Part shown: piece by piece, positions 1-13,900 of the stretch
Position numbering within the stretch: the stretch's first letter is position 1
How the letters are laid out: each line of letters opens with the position of its first letter
Source: Mobula hypostoma
Lineage: Eukaryota
Direction of reading: 5' to 3'
Assembly (NCBI RefSeq): GCF_963921235.1
Contig: NC_086097.1
Location: forward strand, 52,950,001 to 53,014,000
Length of the DNA stretch: 64,000 nucleotides
Made by a program: the position numbers and the translations under genes
The notes under the pieces: generated by a model
What the model saw: only the letters and a program-made list of their open reading frames with translations
What the model was told of the DNA's origin: nothing
Database searches by the model: none

Positions 1-2010
1 TGTTTTGTACACATTTGAACTTTGAGAGATGACCAGATATTTAAGTATACTACACAATTATTGTAGGGCACAGATTAAAATAGACTTTTCAAAGTTTGCA
101 CACTTCTTGACTTTGTTAAAATAGTGCAGCTTAAATGTTAGTAAATGTAAATTATTGGTTATTAAACTTTCTGGATGTGCTGTATTTTTGTATGTAGTCA
201 CTGTTGGAAGCTGCACAATATATGTATGTATGTCTCAGGTCTTCAATGAAAAACTTCAGCAACAATAAGATAAATCTATTAAATGGTCTTTTAAATCTGC
301 ACTTGAGTACTGAATTTGCACAATGTTCATCTTCAATCCTGCTATGTTTTTAAAAGCTTTCCAGCATGAGATTCAATTATTTCTAATGTAATGTACCTGG
401 GCCAAAATTTTGTGGTTGTCAGTTTCAGGATTTAATTTAAATGTTATAGGTAACGGTCACTTAATATGGCCAAAAATATTTTGCCCATATTTTGCCCTAT
501 TTGGTGCATCAAGGATGACGTTTAGCAGTTTGTTTACATACAGAATGTACTTGATAGGTGTCATTTTAAATGGGTGATGCCTCAGTGTATATATAGTATT
601 GTTCTTTTTGGAGTAAGGCAGGATAGATCAAGGAGCAGGATAATAACAAAAAATCAGCAATAGCTTCATAATTCATTTTTGTATCTGTTAATTTTGTGCT
701 ATATTCTAAACAACCATTTGGTACATAAATTTGATTTTAAAATGTGCCCTACAGTACCATGTAAATTGTAAGATCTAGTCTTTTGGAAAATGGGTATACA
801 TGTTTGTCATTATACATGAATATATTTGTTTCTGTGTGGAAAAAGTACTAATTCCTGAATTGCATTTATCATCCTAATTTTTAGTATGATTAAAACATTG
901 GAGAGCATCGTAGACAGATGGTCTTCTGAAGAAACTATTCAAAACATTGTGTTCTGTTTCTCTAAGTTATCCCATGTTCTAGGTTGAATTGGGTGTGTTC
1001 AAGGGAGATGAGGGCCATAGATAAGGATTATCACATTGTTAATGGAAAAATAACTAGGTCATGCAAGATGCTCTAAGATTTGTATCATTCCATCAGGAAA
1101 AATTAATTTAGTGATTTAATTTTAATACCTGTTGATGTTCAGCAGCCATTTGTATCTTGCAGACTTGCATCTCTACTTTATCGTCAACAAAGCCTCTAGA
1201 ATTTAAATCTACTGCATATGTAAATATTATCAAGATTAAACTGATGTAGAAGTAGAGTATCTTAGGAATGTTGATCCTATATGTGCACAATATTGAAACT
1301 AAAATTTGAATCATTCAGCATAAATTAATTTAAAACTTTGCTGAATACTAATCTTAGACATTAAAATTGTTTATTACTGCTCAAATTCATGTAGTCTTTC
1401 ACTGCAGCATGCTTAATGAACCAAGAGCTTATTCTATTTTCCATCCAGTCCATGAGTGAATTATCTAACTGGCAATCCATCAGAGGATCAAATACTTAAT
1501 CTCATTGCTGCATGAAGTGTTCTTCCATGAACCAGGATATGAACAAGCAAACAAATGTTACCCTCTTTGGCTTGATCTGTGATTTGTAATTGATCAGCTT
1601 AGCTCTAGCTTTGTTGTCTAAATGATCATGTCACAAGGTCAAGCTCTCCAATTGGAACCCGATAAACTGTGATTTTTATCTTCATTTCTGACATTAGAAC
1701 AAACAACATAATGACCATTTCAACACAGAATGATGCACTTTCTTTATTGAAAATATTTGTAAATTATTTTTCAGTAACACTTCAAAATTGAATGATTTGT
1801 AATGCTTCAATCTACAAAGTTTTGTCTGTGTAGCACTATTGAAAGGTATTGTACTGTTAATAATTTAACTGTAAATTTACCACTTCTGTTAATTGTGAAG
1901 CTATACTTGAGGCTTTGTTTTATTGTGACCAATGAATGTAATGAACTTACTATTAAAAAAAGTTGTAACAAGCACTTCCATATTTAAATAAATGTTTTAT
2001 GGCATTCGTA
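1..2010 (+). other. Probable 3' UTR of an upstream + strand gene (GPR137C by human synteny), with AATAAA at 1987-1992
   Basis: AT-rich, no recognisable TE, TGTA-rich, ATTAAA near 1952 and AATAAA at 1987. No coding exon in the window, so identity is inference only. Confidence 0.4.
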
Positions 2011-4006
2011 AAGGGAAGATGCTAATACTTAGTTGAAAGTCTTGAAGGTAACTTGAATTTATTGAATGATTTTTTAAAAATCTATGTGCAGCAGTTAAAA
2101 CTAACAGCAGGTTAACTGGCATTATTTATATATGTGTGTACGTGCATCTATACAAAAATTTAAAAATTAGGGAATTCTACCTTTAGTAATGTAACACTGA
2201 TTCATTAGGTTGGTTCCTGCAGTCCTGGGATTGCACATGAAGAAAGAGAGCTCATGTTCTGAACAACACCCAAATTCTGCAAATGCCCACCAGGTCAGGC
2301 TTTGTCTGTGTGAAGGGAAATGGAGCTAACATCTGACAAAAAGTGTCCTTGACCTGAAATATTCTCTTATCCAGAGATCAGGATGTGAGAATTGCAAAAT
2401 CCAGAGGGAGGATAAAAGGGGAAGAGGTTAGTGACGCAATATCAGACGGACTACTGAGAAATCAAGTTAAATGAATGTGTAGAATTCAGTACCAAGGCCA
2501 AAAGTCTGCTCAATCTGAAGTTGAAGAGCTGTTCCACACTTGGATTAGCCTCTTGCATTGGGGGTGGGAGTCAAATATAGAATTCCAAGCAACAGGAAGT
2601 TTGGCAGTGACCTTCTGGACTGAATGCAGGTACTCCACAGGTAACACATTGTGCTATTCTTAGAAGTTCAGAAAATAAGAAGTGATAGAGTGCAAGTTCC
2701 GAAAGGGATTACTAAGCCTGATCCAGGGATGCTATTAATTCTATCTTGAAAAGCCAAAAATTGGACAACATAGTCCCAAGATAAGCCCAACTGATTGGGT
2801 ATATATGATAGTTCTTTATAATGTCCTTCCACATGGTTGAGTGCTGGGTCATGGCCATTTCCAGCTAGTAACTTCAAGTACAATTCAAAATAATCTTGAG
2901 TTTGCAGGATTTTCCTGTGCCTACATGGGTTTTCCTCCAGATGCTTGTATTTCCTTGCCAAAGCCATGCAGGTTTATAGGAAAATGAGCCACTAAATTGG
3001 TAAGTGGTTAAATCTGAGGGGTGGAAGAACTAATAGAAACCTGTACCTTCCTACCCCTGCAATTTTTCACCACTTTATACATCTGGCTTTGTGCCCCTTG
3101 GATTTTAACATGTGCAATAGAGCAGATATAAATCTTTAGCAGCAGTTACTTACAGAACTCAAATTAGTACTCAAGTATTAAAAAAACATTTTGAACATAT
3201 TCTAAAACTTGCCACAAACCACACCAGATCTGCTTGTGTTTATAAGATTGTTGAAAATTTATTGCAATTGGAGTTTCCAAATTGGCTGTTGGAGATAAAT
3301 AAATTGAATCAGATTAAAAAAGCCACTGCACACGTGCAATCCAGATATCAAACAATATTTTAAACAAAATCATCCCATTTACATTGATTTGACCCCCAAA
3401 CATTTACAGCTGAGTTGATATTTTTCTTATACAATGAGAAAATTGCTTCTACAGTTCTAAGTTTTTAAAAATTAGAATTATTTGTGTATCAGGTTGTTGA
3501 TAAATATGGATTGATTATTAACCATTTGTCAATTTTGCTTCAATGTTTTCAGGATACATCAGTGCTATGGTCATTTTTTTTGCAAACCTTTTAATCGGGC
3601 ATGCTACAATCTCCATGCAATTTAGGAATTAACTTGGTTATCATTCAAGTTAGAGTACTTAGGTGATCCTTTTGTCTTTGATAATTGCATTTATTTCAAC
3701 AAACATTGCTGCAACAGTGATGTTGCAAATTTTATCCTGAATAAAATTTAATTTGATGGATGAAACAAAATCAAAGTTAAGAACTTTTGGAGTGGAACAG
3801 TGCATTTTGTAAACTCAGTGGTCTAATGGTAACATTTCATCAGTGAAAATCCTACAAAAACATTCAATGCCTTTAATTTCTAAGTTGTAATTCACAGTTT
3901 GTCACAAATATCATTATGACATTGTTGGCTAAAGTAGCCATTTTTGTATTCATGATTTCTGAAAACAGTTCTTCAACTACAGCGTTAAATTTGTTTTTAC
4001 AGTATA

Positions 4007-4757
4007 CAGTAGATTCTGGTTAATTGGGACTACTCAAAACAAAATCAAGAAAATAGCCAGAATTCCCTTCGTTTAATTGGGACACAATGCTGCTTAATTG
4101 GAGCAGGAGACTGTGCCAATCAGTTTCTATCTAGCATCAGTTGCGTGCTAATGTGGCTGTTGCACACTACACTGTACTTGGAGTGTTCAGTTCTTAAATA
4201 GTATCAGCTGCATGTATTTGTGTTCAGAGAAGTGACTTGTCACTGATAATTGATGAGAAGTAAGCTGTAACACAATTTGGAACTGTTTTGCTCACCATGG
4301 TTTCAAGCATTCAGGATTGGAGAGCTGGAAATGAAAATGAAACTATTTCACTACAAGTTGGGAATTACAGAGAATTTGAAGGTATCAACAATCAGCTTGA
4401 ATGTAAAATGAAAATGAGTTGAAAGTTGCAATCATGAAAAGCGTTGTACGAAGGCAGTCCATTATCTGCAGTAGGCATCTGCATTGATTTTGTTCATTTA
4501 GTCAATCAAAAAATGCATACACTGCATGAATTCTTCCATCAATATCTATTAGCTCTATAATACTGTAGTAGTATTAGTAGTGTTCTAATTGGTTCTCTAT
4601 TTATTTAAATGGCTACCTCTATAATTTATAACTGCCATAAATTATAGCAGTTATAAGTAGTTTGCCTATTTTACAGCTTTTGACTATCTCCATGAAACTT
4701 TGGCTGATTGGGGCAGCTCCTTAATGGAGCCAAAATGTACTGGGCCAGAATCGACTG
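4007..4757. mobile_element. Non-autonomous Tc1/mariner (Tigger/pogo-like) DNA transposon 84 nt downstream of the ERO1A stop
   Basis: TA TSDs (4005-4006, 4758-4759); TIRs cagtagattctgg / ccagaatcgactg; same family inverted at 37759-40126. Confidence 0.8.
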
Positions 4758-4841
4758 TATTTACAACAAGCTCTTGACTTTTCAAAACAAAAGCGCAAGA
4801 ACTTTCAGTAGGAAAAAAAAGGTGTAGCAAGTTTGGTACCA

Positions 4842-4902
4842 TCAATGTGTAGTTTTCAGTAGTTCTGTGAAATTCTGAAGCTCCCAGACACTGGTAGAAA
4901 CC
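4842..4902 (-). CDS. ERO1A: ERO1A exon 16 coding part ([19 protein letters not shown])
   Basis: ttccag acceptor; TGA at 4844-4842. Confidence 0.92.
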
Positions 4903-7900
4903 CTGGAACAAAAGATAGTTACTGATGTTTAGTGGTAGAGTAGCTACATGTATCCAACATTACTATCTGTAAACCTAAACTGAGCTATTAGTAATCACAT
5001 TCCTACCCTACCAACAGAACTGCAGTGGAGCCGATCCAGTTCTGTCCCCATGTTCAATCTTAGGGGATGAAGTAATTCATAACACCCGGCCCCTATGATG
5101 ACAGAACTCCTGGATAGGAGAAGAATTTCAGAAGCTGTATCTGTCAATTTTATGACAAGTATGCTAACCCTAACCCCACTTCTCTCTTGTAATAGAGGGA
5201 GAACATCATCCTGCTGTTGTTTTTTTTTTTTGAAAACTGCACAGCATCTGTGGCTTCTCATTCTCCCTACCCACTCATTCTGAGAAATTTTCTATACTTG
5301 AAGTTGGAGGAAAACAGTCATTTAGTTCCAATTTAATATGTAGTGGTTTCTATTTTTAAAATGCCCTTACCTTCCAAAAGCATTAAAGAGCGCAACGATA
5401 TCTTGGCGTGTTAGGTGGAAACTTTTAGATGGACCAGAGTCGGATATACTGTTTATCTGCTTCTCAGAGAAGAGGATCTTCAGTACAGTACCCAGCCCTT
5501 GTACCTAAAGTAATGAGAGTGTGTGAAAACATCTAGACATAACTGAAGATTAAACTGTCATTTTCCTTCTTTCAGAGATCAGTACTGACCTGAAGTTTGC
5601 CCCAAAGTCTGCATTTGAAGCAACCAATACAGTCCATGATCCTTGTAATATTCTTGAAATGCAGCCGAAATTCTTCCTGTAATGAGAGAAATGCATATTA
5701 TCTTCAGCAATAGCATGATGATTAAAAATCAGATTGCTTAGGGTATGGATAGGCTCTTACAGTTGCTGAAATCAAATCCTAGAAAGTGCAGCAATAACCA
5801 GAAATTGAGATTATCCATGCCACCATTTTAGGGCAAAACAGTGTGTCAGATGCCACCCCAGTGCATTAGGATGGGAATCTGGTTTATTGTCACTGACACG
5901 GGTTGTTGCTCTTGGTGCCCTTTGGACCTGATATTACAATCTAGCATTTGTGGATGTAAATTTTGCAATTAAATTGCAGCAATTATTTGAGTAGTGCAGA
6001 GCTCATTAGCGAATGCCATATGGAAATGTGGTTATCATAATAGCAAACAGTGCATCTGACCACCTGCCTTGCTGCTGGATCAGCAATAAGTCCAGCAGTG
6101 GAGTACAGATGTGCTGAGTAGAAAGACCACTTCCTGCCAAGACTGACTGCCAATAATTTGCCTGATGTCATTCATATGGAGTAATTGTCCATGATTAAAA
6201 GGCCAAGTCCAGGGAAGTGGCTTGTATACTTTGCCTTAACATGTTCCTCCACACAGGTTAAGAAAACTAATAAAATGAATTATAAGTTTAAGCAATATCT
6301 GAACAGGTTTGGTCTCCATGCTAACAAAGGGAAGGTCTATATTCTCCCCAATTTAACCACTTATTTTCTCACTTTCTTAGGATGAAAGGTTGTTTCTCTC
6401 TACACAGATGCTGCCTGATCTGCTGGGTATCTGCAGCATACTTATAGCAGGCTGTTAAGGATACAGATCCTTAAAATCTGCTGGCTAAGGCCTTGGAGAT
6501 GCACAAAGGCCACTCCACCTCACTGTGGCACCCAGCCTTCATCTAAATGGAACCCCAAAGCCACAGAGGCAAATGCAGCGAAAACAAAAGAACAGCAACT
6601 GTGATTAATCAAGTCCATTTTTGGCAGGAAGCAATAAAGTAGAAACCACTTTCCAAAGAGGGTGTAGAAAGTGTACTTGTATGAATCTTGGAAAGTCTGC
6701 TTAGCAGGTGCTGGGATTCATGTACCAAGAATGTTAAAGCAAGCAGATGGTTAAATAATTTAAGTCATAAAACACTGCACATCAAATTCTGTTGAAATAA
6801 TGTGAAGCTTCTAAGTGGAGTACAGCCAGGCGTTTTAAGTCAAAGGAGAAAATGTTCTTTGAGAAGTGGTTAGGAACTCTCTGTCAGTTAGGATGATAGA
6901 AGGAAAAGGAGTTGGATGGGCATTTTGAGGCAAATCAATTTGCAGGGGGTGAATGAGGGAATGAGACTGATGGGAACAACAAATAAGCTGCTGGAAGAAC
7001 TCGAGAGGTGTCCATGCAAACCAATGCATGATATTTTGGGTTGAGACCCAGAGTCCCGATGCAAGATTATGATCTGAAATGTTGACCATCCCTCTGCCTC
7101 CACACGTGTTGCTTGAGCACCAGTATTATTCTAGCATTTATGCTTTGCTCTAGATTCCAGCATCTGCAGTCTCAGGTCTCTCTCTGTCTGAAGAGATAGC
7201 AGATTTGATGTGCTGTTTTGTAACAATCCTGTGATTTTTAGCATGACACTCAGAATTTTGGATACAAATCTACAATAGAAGGCTTACGATTATTTTACTA
7301 ACATGTATTTTTTCTAAAGAATGGATAGAATTGTACTATTTTTTGGTTAAATAAGCTTGAAATTGCTGGTGATAAAAATGCAATTTTCCTTAGCCACTTT
7401 GATCAGTGTTACTTCATCAGAAAATTGCTAAATTTAAATCCACTAACTTGCCTTATATCGGCAGAGTTCTTTAGTTTTTAAAATCTGATGCAAATGTTTT
7501 AATTGCACTTATTTATAATCCATAATCTTGCTATATTTGATGTATAAATTTATAATGGAAGCTTTTATAAAAGGAATAAATTAAATGTATTAATCTAGAC
7601 ACCTAATTTTCTGGATGTGTACAATGCAGGTTCAGGACCAAGATATTAATCTGGCAACAGAACTGCTAAAATGTCGCAGGAGGAAAATTTTGTTCCAATT
7701 ATGAATGAGTTTCCAGTCAATGCAATACCAGCAGTAGTTAGTCTTCAGCTGCTTATTCTACGATCAAACGCTTGTTGGCTTAGTTATTGTTAATATAAAA
7801 GGCAGTTTTAATATAGTCTTACCCTTAGATTTCCAGATTCCTTTTTCTCCCCAGCAAACAAGGAATGTTCGTCAAAGTGTGAAGGGAATGATCTAAGGCA

Positions 7901-10900
7901 GAATACATTGTTACTAATTGATAAGCTGTTACTCAGCAGTAATAGAGTACGATTGCCATTGTGTTACAAACCATCAGCAATCTGAATTTGCTTATTCATT
8001 GTAAAAGTGTTCTTAAATGTGTAACAATTATAAGCATATTTAATTTGACATGGTGCAACATCAGAGGCTTGTTACATGGACTCCAGAACATATTATTAAC
8101 AAGGAATAAACAGTGTTGGAAAAAGTGGAGGTGCAACAAAGAAACTAAATATCAATAACTTTTGTGGGGGGACCTTTTCAGACAGATAATGTATGTAAGG
8201 AATCTGTGAGACCTTTGAAACTGTTAAAGATTTGGACATGAGCAGTAATGTGTTACTAAAATTTGTTGGTACTAAATTAGGAGAGATAGCAAGTTGAATG
8301 CTAATACAGTAAAGTGAAGAGATTAATGGGTAAAATGCTGGTACAGGTTAATGTCCAGAAATATGAAGTAGAAAGGGACACTGGAAAGACTTCAGAAAGC
8401 AGAGGTTATTACTTGAGGATAAGTAAACACCAGAAAGTAGTTTAAAACATGGATTTAAAGTTGTTGGGACAGTTTGTGCTTCCTCTTACCCAATGAAAAA
8501 AAAAGTAAAGTTGTTTTTATATAAAAGTGCAGAAGAAGAAATCCTAATGTTAATTTTAAATATCACTTCTACTGTCAGTGCTGTTAAAAACTGTTTATAT
8601 GAACTTACATAAGGAAGATCAGTTCAAAAATTAAAATTCATATTTTAAAATTAAAATTTATATTTTAAAATTAAAATTTAGCCTGAAGAAATTCATTCAT
8701 TAATGATGTCTAAAGAAAACAGAAGAGCCAAAGTGATCATATCAGGATAACAGTCAGAATTTGAATTTAAAGTATATGAGGGAAATTGCTGATGTCACAT
8801 TTGGCACAAGGCAGATTTTCAGAAAACTGGCCCACAAAAGAATGAACTATACTTGGAATTTACCCAATGTTATGAGCTACAGTTCCCTAGTAAATTTCTA
8901 GGAGCAACCAGCATTGCAAGTCTATCTGTGGGATATCCCTATCATGCACTATCATTATCCAGGTTTCTAACAGATATGGGTTAGTTTGGATCAATTTTTC
9001 ATTGCAACAATAATGGTCATCATCATAGCTTGTCACACCAGACAGCCAGCCAGCCACTCACTCTACTGTTGTTTGGTTGATGTTGAGCAGGTCAGTGTCA
9101 GCTAAATCAGGTGAGAGTGGGCAGCTGCGCAGAACGTGTTCAATGTTCTGCACCCTTTCACCACACTCACAGGATTCGCTGGTCTTTAAACCCCATTTCA
9201 TCATAAAAGAACAATAATGGTAAGCTGTTCTGACAAAATTTCCTGAACACTGTACAAATTCATTTAACAGCTTTAGTGATACAGTTTCTATAGGCAAATG
9301 TCTTGCAGAATTTTTGTATTTCAGCCTAACAACTTCATAGAACTTTGTTAATAAACCATATAATACTGTATACCAAATAATTGCTTACTTGGCCAAACTG
9401 AGAATTTCCAGAAGAAGATTTTTATATTTTGTATCCTGTGTTTCATTGCCTGTATAAAGTTGAAAGGCGGGGCGTTCAAAGAAGGGCAACACCTTGGATA
9501 AAGCCCGCAACTCCAGCAGGTACAAGAAATAAAGGTTTTGAATCCTGCGTGGTCCTTCTCCTTTGGTAATATGTGGATCAAATCTCTGCTTAAATTCTGT
9601 AATGTTATGCCCCCATTTCTTTTCATACCAGGTATCTGTAGAAAAAGAGTTTATACGACATTACATTAGATGTAAGAGGAGTGCACTCAACACACTTTAC
9701 CTTCTTGCCTTTTCTCCCCCGGAAAAGTATTGAATTTTTTTTTTTTTTGAAATATACTGTTAAAGCAGTAGTTCCAATGAGTTACTAAAGCAGGCATTTC
9801 TTATATTTTTTCTTTAGACAAAATAAAAGCAATATTAATCTTTGAAATATTTTAACATGTCCCAGAACACAAACACCCACATGAGGGAGCTTCACCTATA
9901 GGTTGACTGACAGTTTTTAAAATCAAAAGGAGACAACTCTGCCTCATGCCAAAAGATCCATTGTAATATTCTGTCCTTTACTTCTGGGAAGGAGGTTATT
10001 CCGGGAAACATCTGATGTATGTTCAAGAAAGGAAACAATTTCCATTGTGCTAATTACAGTGGAGTTTCCCTGCAGTCTTGTCTGCGTCTAATGATTGTTC
10101 ATGACAGCATACAGCATGCAAGCTATAATATTAACTGTGAAAAGCTGCAATATTTTTTACATTCCTGTATCTTTTTCATTACCTCTAACGCCTCCAAGAA
10201 TTTATGCTGCCCCGCTTCTTATTTGTCAATGTTGTCATGTGTCCTTGCCCACATTTCACGCAACCAGAGAAGGACAGTCCCTTGCAACTGGACAGTGCAA
10301 GATGGCATACTCAAACCAGTTGAAGATGAGTGATTGCTTACCATTGTCCCAGTCATATTGAGACAGTAAAATTTTCATTAGGCCCACTTATGTACTCGTG
10401 GAGAAAATGAATTAAGTTTATCTCAGCATCACCAAGCAAAACCAAAACTCTCAATTATCTGGCCAGGAAATTTATATTTTTTAGCATGCTGTAGATGTAA
10501 AGTTTAACTAAAAGTATCAGAAGAAGCATTCTGTATTTGGCAGATTGCCATCCTTGATTTGTGTGTGACAAATCATATGGGGAAGAGGAGTGTTTGGTAC
10601 ATACCTTCTAACAGATATCGTGCACTAAGATGGATATTGATGCTGGTGTGGAGTCCTGAAATAGTTCGATAAAATGATCTCTTCTCTATGCACAAATCTG
10701 AAATAGAAAATTTTAGTTTCATTCCTCAACAATAATTGATTTGTTAATCATAACATCATTGAAAATGTATGATATAATAAGGGCACCTGGCCCATCACAG
10801 CTCTGCCAGTTTAAAATAAGCCTAATCACATCTTCTAGTGCTGGAACCATGGCACTGCAGGTCACAGTTCAAGTACAAATCCTAGTACTGTATTAAATTG

Positions 10901-13900
10901 AGAGTGTCTATTACATTTGCAGACAATAAGTTCACTAACTACTCTCTGCATGTATTTCTGTGCCTTAGTAAAGGAAAACATTGTATATTCCTTTTTACCC
11001 ATCTTATTGACCTCTTCCACCACCTTGAAGAATCTGTAAACATATTCTCCCTTGTTCAACCATGCCAGGCAATATAGTCTCTTTCTCCTGTGTTCCCTTG
11101 CCAGGTTGCACTTCCCTCATACTTCACTGGATGAAGTGCCTTTCCTTCCATGTGCCCAGATATTTTATATCTTCCTGTAGCCTAAAGCTTCCCTTGTTGC
11201 TGTCAATCAGATGGCCAATTTTATCTACCAACCTCCCTACATTAAAGATGAGCTTATTAGTTAGCAAAGGATGAAGTACTAAGCCCCACAGAACCCCTAT
11301 GGTACCAGTTTTCCAGTTACAAAAAAAAACACCTTGTCAATCACTCATCGATTGCTTCCAATTTACTGGGGATTTTAATATTTAAATATGTATAATGACC
11401 TGATGACACCTTAAATAGTTGTAGCTTCATTGATAAAAGTTTAACAGTTACTTTCACAGTTGTAACTGTTAACGTTATCTGCAAAAGTATTTGTTCATGG
11501 CCATAAATATGCATTTACCTTGCAACCAATTGTAGAAGGCTCCACCTTTATAGGGAGGGAGAGAGGGAAAAAACATTTAATTAAATACTTCAACCATGTT
11601 TCAGTTTTAATATGAGCAAACACGAAGTCACTGAATTTTTAAATGATAAAGACTCCACTTGCATTGCTAACTGGGCTTAATCCAGGGGTATTGAAGTGAT
11701 AAATTTCCCTTCTCCCTGGTTCATTCCCATTTTCTCCAAATAAAACCTTACCGCTACATCAATTTTCCCTGACTACAATCATGTTCTCTCATGAAACTGT
11801 TGAGAATGAATCGTAACACTGCTACCGTTTAACTATTCGACTTCGGCCGTTAGTTATGTGATGTTTTTAATATGTCAAAAGCTGCAATATAATTAACGTT
11901 ATTAATTTAGGAGAAAATTAACATTTTGCTTTTGCTCATATCACTATTCAATGTATCACCATACCCTCTATCACCAAAAAGCCTAAATTACTAATCACTT
12001 AATTTCATACCATTTACTGCTATTGGCAAGGAGAAGCACTGTTTGGCAAGTTATAATAAAGCATTTCCATCAGTACACCAGCTTAGAAAGGAACATTAGG
12101 AGAGCTGCTTTTCTTTATTTTGGGGAAATTCTTAATGCAACAAAAGAAGTTAGCTATTTAAAAAATCTTGAAATGTGAAATAATCCACATGTTTCAAAAC
12201 TTTGCCTCAAGGTCATTCCAAGTGGACTAATACAAAACAAAGTAGAAAAATGCACATAATTACAGCGTCACAACTACTAGTATCCACCAGCTTCAGAGAT
12301 TTCCATATGTTGAATTTTTCCCCCAAGTTTGGCAAGTGAAATGGACCATATGTCCTTCTTCACTACTGCTTTTGTTTATGTTGAATAATATATATATTTC
12401 AATATATAACTAGCAATGACATTTTCAAGAAATCATTGATAAGAACTGGTAAATTACCCCAAAATGAAAAAAATGTGTTTTGTTATGTGATAAAATGTAT
12501 ATATTTTTTTTAAAAGGTACGAAGTGTTGTTGCAATGCTCAAAGTCGGCATTGTTAAAGCCATCCAGAACTGTAGATGTAAGCCTGTGGCAATGATATCC
12601 CAGGACTGAGCAAAACAAATTACCTTCAGCACCTGCAGGAGAAAAATAAACAAATTACATAGAATGTTAAACTTTTTAAATTACATTTCATAAATAGATG
12701 TAATCAGTTTTCTACATACCAACCACAAAGTAATACCCAACATTTGTATGCAGAATAATAAATGTTGATATATAATTACAAGGCAGCCAGCTATTTCAGC
12801 AAATAGTACAAATCAACAACATTTTAGGAACCCATTCTGCTCTCTGTGTACCAGCCTAGAAACTGGATTAGGGAAGATCTATTTGTGTCTATTCTTGTGT
12901 CTAGAAGTGAACAATGTGTAATTTTTGAGCATATTTTGCAATGCTTATACAGAATTGTGCAAAACCTGCGCATTGTGAGAGTCACTCCCATACGGCTGTC
13001 AGGTTTGCATTTTGTGCATACAGTGACATCATCGGTGGTTAAAAATCAGATCAAGTGTGATTTACCTCCTGCATGATCGTACAATTCAACAAAGTGAACA
13101 TAGTGAAACTTGTACAATTAAAAATGTTTCTCCAGAATATTGTTATTATGTTTTAAATCATCCTCTATAGTTTGCAGTTTCCAGATCCCTCTGTGAAAGC
13201 CTGAAGCTACAGCTGATAATGGGCTTTTGAGAATACTTGTGGCCATGAGATGTTATCGGAGTACAAAGTGAAATCGTTCCCACCCTTCTCTGATATTATT
13301 CCATGGCAGTCTTGGCAGAATGCTGCTGCTGATCACTGTTTAGTGAGGAGCATTATCCTCCTAAAAGTATGGAGTCAGTCTTAAACAGTGTACATCACAG
13401 TAATAATTTTGTTTAGTGCATCAAAAAAGCATGAAATCCAATTTATCGACTGCTATGCATTAATTGTTTTGTGAAAATCTATTAAAATAGCTGTTCTCAT
13501 TCTTCATAATTTTCAATGTTTCTTTGTTACCACTTTGCCATTTTTGCTCAAAATGTCATTTTTGAAAAGCTCTTTCAGATTAGCATATCTTTTCTTTCTA
13601 ATGAAAAAAGTCCTTGAAATTAACAGCATTCACAATTAGGCCTTTCTTAATGAACGTTTTTGATACATTCTTTTAATTGTTTCAACCATGTACTATAATG
13701 GGATATCCAGAGCTGTATATGTAATTTCTTGTGATCTTCAGAAATTATATATTATTTATTTTTATCTGTGATATTCAGAGTCCCCATGCTTTATACTAAA
13801 AATTCCAATTGTCCATTACCACTTAATATACATTTTCACTATTCAAAAAGTTTGGAAGCTGCTCAATTAATTTTCTTCCATTCTTGAATGCTGGCATTTC

